A DNA stretch of 63,958 bases, counting the filler, from Folioceros fuciformis (Eukaryota): the NCBI GenBank assembly GCA_049999805.1. It is 6 parts of 6 records of this genome, joined end to end, with 100 filler letters (N's around TTAATTAATTAA, not from the genome) between each part and the next. Parts side by side here need not be neighbours in the genome. Positions count along the whole stretch, not along the records: positions 34,850 to 61,392 come from JBNGIO010006405.1; positions 61,493 to 63,958 come from JBNGIO010006427.1; 4 more parts are not named here. One strand, 5' to 3'. Both the position numbers and the translations under genes were made by a program. Below, in pieces: positions 56,684 to 63,958 of the stretch; position 1 is the stretch's first letter; every line of letters begins with the position of its first letter. The notes under the pieces were generated by a model. It was not told the origin of the DNA, ran no database searches, and worked only from the letters and a program-made list of their open reading frames with translations.

Positions 56684-58277
56684 TTATATATCTGGGACTG
56701 ACTTCCAATTTTGAATTGTTTCGAATTGGCGGATGAGACGATGAGCTCTCATCTGTGTGATCTCACTTGGAGCTAACACACCTTCCAGACTCTCTAATTG
56801 ATCTTCAGTGAGTGTGTTCTCTAATTCCGGAGTCGAAACCAATCTGTTGAATACCTTGCGCCTTTTCGATACTGGGACAGCAGTACGGTCAAGTTCCTCG
56901 CTTGCTTCCAAACGCCCAGCCAAAAGATCTTCGATAGAACTTACAGCCCGTTCTCTGGATATGAAAACGTGCTGGTTGATTGTTGCGCCATCCAACCAGA
57001 ACAGATGCCATTCATCACAGAGGTCTGTGAGCACCTGCCACAACCCAACCAAAATTTTAAGACCCCTGAATGTTAAGTGCAAAAGATGGTGGTTCAGACT
57101 CAGATCTTACCATTACTGGTTTGGATTCCGGAGAAAGTAGGTTGGCCAACAGCAAGGAAATTTGTGCCTGCATGACATGAGAATTTCGAACCCTTTTCTT
57201 GAGCTCAATTAAGACCCGCATGCCCAGCCATGGTTGCCGGGCCCTAATTACTGAAGTGTCAGCTATCAGAACGTCAGTGGTACCCCTGAACTTCCGGCCA
57301 AGCGTCTCTACTCCATGATAACTCAATAACTGTGGAAAATGACTTGCGTCTACCCAATCAGTCTTCTTGTTATCAAGGTTGATGATCTGCCGGAGATGGG
57401 CTATGTACCTATTCATACACAAAGAACATCTCATTAGCACAAGACGGTCAGCCATAAACAAATCCAAGATTATAACACACCTACAAGATTACAAGATTGA
57501 TATCATAACGACACCTGTCAGCTTGGGCACGTTCGACGCTGCCATCCCAGTCAAATGCAACCACCGCTTCTTTTGGTGAAGATGCTGGCAGATCCTCAAC
57601 TACAAGGACAGATAGCTTCGCAGTGCTTTGCACTGCCAACCATGTTTCAGTCTTCACGCTGCTTATGCAGACGGTTGACTTTTCCTTTCTCTCCTCTTGC
57701 ACAATATCAAATATAGCTTGGACCTGCTCCTCTGCTTTTCTTGTACTCAGGACATCGCCTACATCAAGATAAGAACCTCTGAGCTCCAATTACAAGCATG
57801 TCTGCCATTCAAATACTAACAAGTCTGCAAACAAACATATGATAGCATCATGCAGATGACACCTTCCCTTAGCGGAGTGCGCTGACCTGGGATGGACTGC
57901 TTGGCCCGAAGGCTATCCTGCAGCGCCTGCCGGGTCGCCACGAGGCGCTCGTTGCTCTCCAACGACCTCTCCCATACCTCTTTTAAAAGGATTCTTTGCT
58001 GCGGGTCTGTGGCGTTGAGCAAGCCCTTCGCAAGAGCGATACTGTGTTCATTCGCGGCAGCAATCTCCCCAGTTAAGACGGCAATCTCCCCAGTTAAGGC
58101 AGCAATCTCCTGGTTTAGCTGCCTTTCCTTTGTCAGCGCCTGCCACTTCTCCACCGACCTCTCCCATACCTTTTCTAAAAGGATTCTTTGCTGCGGGTCT
58201 GTGGTGTTGAGCAAATCCTTCTCAAAAGCGATGCTCTTTTCATTCGCGGCAGTAATCTCCTGGTCTAGCTGCTCCAT
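56684..58277 (-). CDS. Crinkler-like effector/REase-fold protein, 4 exons: 58277-57887, 57758-57515, 57408-57111, 57034-56684 (427 aa)
   Basis: Three GT-AG introns with matching phases (1, 2, 0) give one open frame. PD-(D/E)xK-like core GTTD...IELKK...QA, then PVMVLTDLCDEWHLFWL; duplicated helical N-terminal header. Confidence 0.8.
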
Positions 58278-58543
58278 CCTGAATAATAACGACAGTCACG
58301 TAGTTATGCATAAGGAAGCGTGAAGAAAACGGATGAAGCCAAACCCTTTGGCACGCACAACTTAATCTGCTTCCTGTGGGTGTGGGGAAAGGGCGGGCTC
58401 AGAACTTAAACCTCCGATTCTTCAAATCCGCTCCACTGTCGATCTCAAGCTGGGTTGATGCTTTCCCGGTCACAACCAATCCGCCATCAACCCGAGCGGA
58501 TGCTGTACATCACTCCGCCTCGCCACTCGGCAGAGGAGAGGAA

Positions 58544-59699
58544 AGAACTGTACAAGCTGAAGTTCAAGTCAGATGGAACGCTGGAGCGTTACAAGGCCAG
58601 GTTGGTTGCAAAGGGATATGCACAACAGAACTGTACAAGCTGAAGTTCAAGTCAGATGGAACGCTGGAGCGTTACAAGGCCAGGTTGGTTGCAAAGGGAT
58701 ATGCACAACAGTATGGTCTTGATTATGAGGAAACCTTTAGTCCAGTAGCCAAGATGACAACTGTAAGGACAGTCATAGCATTAGCAGCAGCTAAAGGATG
58801 GAAGTTATGGCAAATGGATGTCAAGAATGCCTTCTTGAATGGTGAGTTGCAGAAGGAAGTGTACGTGGAACAGCCTGAAGGCTATGTTCATCCTAAGTTT
58901 CCAACATACGTCTGCAAACTGAAGAAGGCATTGTATGGACTCAAACAGGCACCTAGAGCATGGAATGCTCGTATCACAAGCTATTTGAAGGAGCGAGGGT
59001 TTGTGATTGGAGACGCAGATCACAATCTGTTTGTAAAACAGACCAAGGTAGGACAAGTGTGTCTTGTCGTTTATGTTGACAACCTGATCATCACAGGAGA
59101 TGATGCAGATGGTATTGCAGATGTCAAGGCGAATCTGCAAAAAGAGTTCAAGGTGAAGGATCTTGGTGAACTCAGATACTTCTTAGGAATTGAGGTTGTG
59201 CCTACACCTCAAGGAATCTGGCTATTCCAAAAACAATATGCTAAGGATATGTTGCAGAAGTATGGCATGGCAGATTGCAAAGCAATGGATACACCATTGG
59301 AGCAGAACGTCAAGCTGCAAATGGATGTAGGAGCTGAGCTGGAAAATGTGACTATGTATCGACACATGGTCGGAAGTTTGATCTACTTGACTATCACACG
59401 TCCTAACTTAAGTTATGCAGTGGGACTGATTAGTCAATTCATGCAGAACCCAAGGAAACCGCACTTGAATGCAGTTAGAAGAATCATGAGATATGTGAAA
59501 GGAACTACTGAGTTTGGATTGCTCTATGAGCATAGGAAGCATCTTGAACTGACAGGATATACAGATGCTGATTCGGCTGGTTGTGCGTATGATAGAAGAT
59601 CAACCAGTGGATATGCATTCAGTCTGGGAAGTAGTATGATCAGCTGGCAAAGCAAGAAACAACCGACAGTTGCTTTGTCAAGCACAGAAGCAGAGTATC
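58544..59699 (+). mobile_element. Copia RT/RNaseH fragment (different lineage) with an 83-bp perfect tandem duplication at its start
   Basis: RYKARLVAKG, QMDVKNAFLNG, YGLKQ, YVDN, YTDAD. 58544-58626 is identical to 58627-58709. Confidence 0.93.
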
Positions 59700-61392
59700 A
59701 AGAGAAATCTTTGAAAGGAGAGAGAAAAAGCATTTCATTAGATGCACGGGCACCTTATGTACACCCGGCAGTTAGGGTTTCAAGTCTTTGGATATATTGT
59801 TTGTAGTTATTTACGTATGGTTTTATTTACAGGTCTATTACATACATGCTGCTGCTAGACTAGACTATTTCTATCTGAATCTTTCTACTCCCACTTAGGC
59901 TAGTTGCAGCATACATGTGTTGTCTTCAAGCTTCATGTTGAATAATCAGCTTTTTGATTGTTAACTTCAACTGCTTCGATAACTAATGCCTTTGTATGTT
60001 TCCAATGTACTTCTTTGGCCAGTGACTTCGTCAACAGATCTGCCGTGTTGTCGCTTGTACTGATGTACTTCAAATCAAAAAATTTGTCTTCTATTGCCTT
60101 ACGAATGAAGTGCTCTTTAACGCCTATATGTCTTGTGCGTGAATGTGCCACAGGATTCTTAGCGATGGCTATCGCTAACTGGTTGTCGCACCAAATGCAT
60201 GAGGGCCCTTTCTACTCATATCCAAGTGTGCCCAGGAAAGATCTCATGTGCATTATCTCTTGAGCTGCAGAGGTGACGGCAGAATATTCGGCCTCTGTCA
60301 ACGACAAGGCCATGACCGATTGCTTCTTAGATGACCAATTCACCAAGTTTCCACTCAACTTAATGCAAAACGCCAAGCTTGATCTTCTTGCGTCCTTGTC
60401 TGACGCCCAATCTGAATCAACAGAACATGTGAGCTCGACTTGATTGCCCGATTGTTTTGAGTAGTGCAGCTCATGACTTGCAGTGCCCTTGAGGTATCGC
60501 AAGATCCTCTTAGCCGCTGACCAATGAGGCTGTCCGGGATTAGAGAGAAATTGGGATACAACGGAGGTGGCAAAGGCTATATCTGGTCTGGTCCATGAAC
60601 TCAACCACAATAAGCATCCTATAAGGGACCTTAGCCATCTCGTCTATCTCTACTTGGCTACTAGGACACTGATCTTGAGTGAGGACAACTCCCACTGCCG
60701 CCGGAGTTGCTGCTTGCTTGGCATCTCTCATGTTAAACTTGTCTAAAAGTCTCTCCACGTAGTGCATTTGATGGAGGATAATATCACCAGCTTGTTTGTT
60801 GATTAGGACCTGCACTCCTAAGAAAAAATTGCACTGTCCAAGGTCGGTCATCTTGAATTCTGATGACAGAATGCGCTTGACCTCTTCAACAATTAGCATA
60901 GAGGATCCTATGATAAGCGTATCGTCCACGTAAACGGCCAAGTAGGCTACCTCGCTGCCCTTTGTGTAGACATATACACTTCCATCTGCTGTTAATTGAT
61001 TGAAGCCATGCCTCAAGAGAAAGGTGTCCAGGCGCCGATTCCATCCCCTTGGTGCTTGCTTTAGACCATATTGTGTTTTCTTCAGTCTGCATACTCGTTT
61101 CGGATACTTTTTGCTGATAAATCCTTCTAGTTGGTGCATGTAAATGGTCTCCTCCAGCACTCCGTTCAGGAATGCCGTCTGGACGTCCATCTGATGGACA
61201 TGAAGCCCCTTTAAGGCTGCAATGGCCGGTAATGTTCTCACAGAAGAGGATCGCACCATTGGTGAGAATGTCTCATTGTAGTCTATTCCCTCAGGCTGAG
61301 AGAAACCCCGAACCACGAGTCTGGCCTTATACCGGGATGTAGTCTCGTCGGGATTCAATTTCCGCTTGAAGGTCCAACGATTCGAAATTGGC
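59697..61392 (-). mobile_element. 3' part of a Copia element (RT, RNaseH, PPT, putative ~190-bp 3' LTR)
   Basis: RYKARLVVRG, QMDVQTAFLNG, YVDD, VDSDWA and HSRTRHI; PPT AAGTGGGAG at ~59888-59896. Confidence 0.9.
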
Positions 61393-62453
61393 NNNNNNNN
61401 NNNNNNNNNNNNNNNNNNNNNNNNNNNNNNNNNNNNTTAATTAATTAANNNNNNNNNNNNNNNNNNNNNNNNNNNNNNNNNNNNNNNNNNNNCCGTTTTA
61501 AAATCAGAGCCAACGACCCATGACTTCGTCGTTGCGCATGCTCCCGTGCTTCCCACGCGGGTGATGCAGGGCCCGCCCATGGGCGGGCTGGGTGGAGTCC
61601 GGGACCACCGCCTCCTCCATTGCACAAGGAAGGAAGGACGCGTCTAAGGCCGCTATAGGGGCTGTGGGCTGTGAGCTATGGCTTCAGCTGCATTTCGGTG
61701 TGCAGGGGGCTTCGCACGCTGCACTCCACTATTGGACGCTTGCATGCCTGCAAGAGATGGAGATGGGCGGCAGACTCAGGTGTGAAGTGTGGTGAATGGT
61801 AGATGACGCCTTGGGATGGTCTGGTCAGGGTTGAAGGGGTGTGCAGCGCCAGAAATTGATGTAATGTGTGGATGCTCCGGCAAAGCACACGTGACCCTAT
61901 CTGTCTGCTGGCCCAGCCGACTGCATGTGGCGATAGGGTCCCACTCACAGTAGTACTGTTACTGGGTCCGTCCCCCCTTGCAGCCAGGCATTGTTTGTTT
62001 CTTCAGCACATCGAAGGTGGAAGGAAGTCACTTTTCTTCACTGGAAGACTGCCCTGGAAAACAGTCTCCGCTTCCTATAGCCCGACCTTGCTATGGAATG
62101 CACAGGCCATGGCATGTATCTTCGAAGTTGCTGCCTTGCCCTTCGATTTTTCCGATAGGAGAACGGGCATTCTTGTGCGATAGATTGGGTGTGTCACTGT
62201 TGCTCCTGTTGAAGACGAGCTGCAAACCAAAGGTGGTTGCGCGGATGAGCTTGCTTGGTAAGTAGTCTACTATTCGCATGTGTTTGTAGGAAGAAAATGT
62301 TTCAGTACCGAAGGGTGCTGAAGTTTCGGAAACCTAGTTCCATTCCATGAACCATGAGCTTGCTTGCGTCTTGGGTCCGATTGGAAGACCACTTAGCTAA
62401 GTTCATCCTCATCCCGTTTCCATCTCCATGCTCGTTCAAGACATGAGTGACCT

Positions 62454-62839
62454 TCACTTTCGGAAGAGCCACTTCTTCTTCTTCGGCACTCCGTCATCGT
62501 CCTCTGCAAGGCAAATTCGAATTTTGAGTTCAAACGTTGACGTCCATGCTTCACGAGGTGGTCTTGATTACGTGCGAAAGCCTGAACTAGTACCTCGACT
62601 CAATCGCTGAGCCCGCGCCACACATGCCTCTGTGACATGGCTCCCAGGGATGAGCATCAATGGGTCAGAGCCAAGCTCTTTGCGACATGCTGTTTGCAAG
62701 TGACGCCATTTCCTTGACTCGCCAAGATACTTGGCGCTCAGGCTCCAAAGCGTGTCACCCTCCTCCACTCTACCCCAATTCTCGTTCTTCTCCATCCTTG
62801 TGGCTTCTCTATCTTCAGCGCCCACAGCAGCCAACCCAG
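62454..62839 (-). CDS. LysM-domain protein, last two predicted exons (62839-62594, 62503-62454); upstream exons unresolved
   Basis: RVEEGDTLWSLSAKYLG...W..L.......DP.MLIPG is a LysM motif. A GT-AG intron joins it in phase to EDDDGVPKKKKWLFRK*. Confidence 0.7.
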
Positions 62840-63958
62840 CTGAAACACATCCTGCACATGCGCACATTGTGCATTTGGAATTGAGATGAGGTTTGGCAGC
62901 GGCGGCCTCTGGACGACGGGTTTGGTCAGAACACATTCTACTCCACTCTCCAACGTTATCTTATGTTAAGGACGGACTCCATTTGAAAAGACGGCCAGTA
63001 CCTGAACCACAGGAGAATTTAGGGGTCAGAGAGAAAAGAGAACCTGCACAGATGCTCAAAACAAACTCACGGATCACATTTCACACACTTTGGCTCCGGG
63101 ACTAGGTGATGCAACACTACAGCAGCTGATCAAGTGACATTAAAGTGTGACCTGCCTTCCCATTATTCCCTGCCGCAAGTGGAAGGAATAAAAGGCGAGG
63201 CAAGGAGGAGGTTCGCTGCACCGTCGTCTAACAGGCTAGCAAGAAGAAGCGAAGCTACACACAGGAGAATTAACAAGTTTGGTGTTTCTTTGCGTCGAGA
63301 GCCACACATTGAACAAAGCGCTTCTTTGCTATCAACTCTGACCAGCACGCAAACTTTCCAAGAAACACAACAAATCTTGACTGTGGCATTTTTCCGCAAA
63401 CGAGCGATGGAAGGTGTGTAAATAAGTCAGGAGGACCCACAGTCAATTTCAGGCTTCAGCCACGAGCAATGCGCATCAGGCGGTCAGGCTACATATGTCT
63501 ACATGACCTGCCCGATTGCGAAAGAGAGGAACCTAAAAGAGACAGCGACGCAGCGAGCAAAGCAAGACAAGCCTCCAACCTGCATTGGCTCTCTCCAAAG
63601 AATTGGAGGGGCCGAATTCAATTTCAAAGACTACCTAAGCAAGCGACAAAGAAGCGCAATGAGGCGGAGCAGAGGATAAAGAATCAACCGACGGCTTCGG
63701 TGGCGGCGTTGAGCGTGGAGGCGACGACGCGCGCGGGAGCGGGAACTTCCTCCTTGGCCATGGCTGCTGCGGCCGGGGCTGGCTGTTGCTAGTGTGGCGG
63801 CTTGTGGCGGACACCACCTGTAGGCTGCAGGCAAAGAGGGCCTGGGCCGGGCATGGCCGCGGGCCCGTCCCGTTCGTTGGCACAGGAAAACGGAAAGAAA
63901 CTGGTGGTGGGCCACAGAAAGAAAGGGAGAAAGAAAGAGAGGGTGGAAAGAAAGAGAG

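Overview
Eukaryotic land-plant nuclear DNA. It is probably from a hornwort or another seed-free plant, inferred from a DYW:KP/GRP-type PPR gene. The window is not contiguous: five artificial N44-TTAATTAATTAA-N44 linkers join six separate scaffolds (1-17183, 17284-23908, 24009-30032, 30133-34749, 34850-61392, 61493-63958). Most of it is LTR retrotransposon: about ten Ty1/Copia copies (three with near-intact gag-pol) and three Ty3/Gypsy remnants. Host-type sequences are an intact PLS-PPR-DYW:KP (GRP) RNA-editing gene and a decayed paralogue, a 4-exon Crinkler-like restriction-endonuclease-fold gene, an RLK kinase fragment, an LRR fragment and part of a LysM gene. Main highlight: the Gypsy element at ~8.4-14.8 kb contains a frameshifted DNMT3/DRM-like C5-cytosine methyltransferase domain between gag and RT, which the ORF track does not show, and a PHD finger after the integrase. 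Second highlight: a short-LTR Copia family carries a conserved extra coiled-coil ORF upstream of gag and a conserved antisense membrane-protein-like ORF downstream of pol. All alignments were done by eye and no database searches were run.
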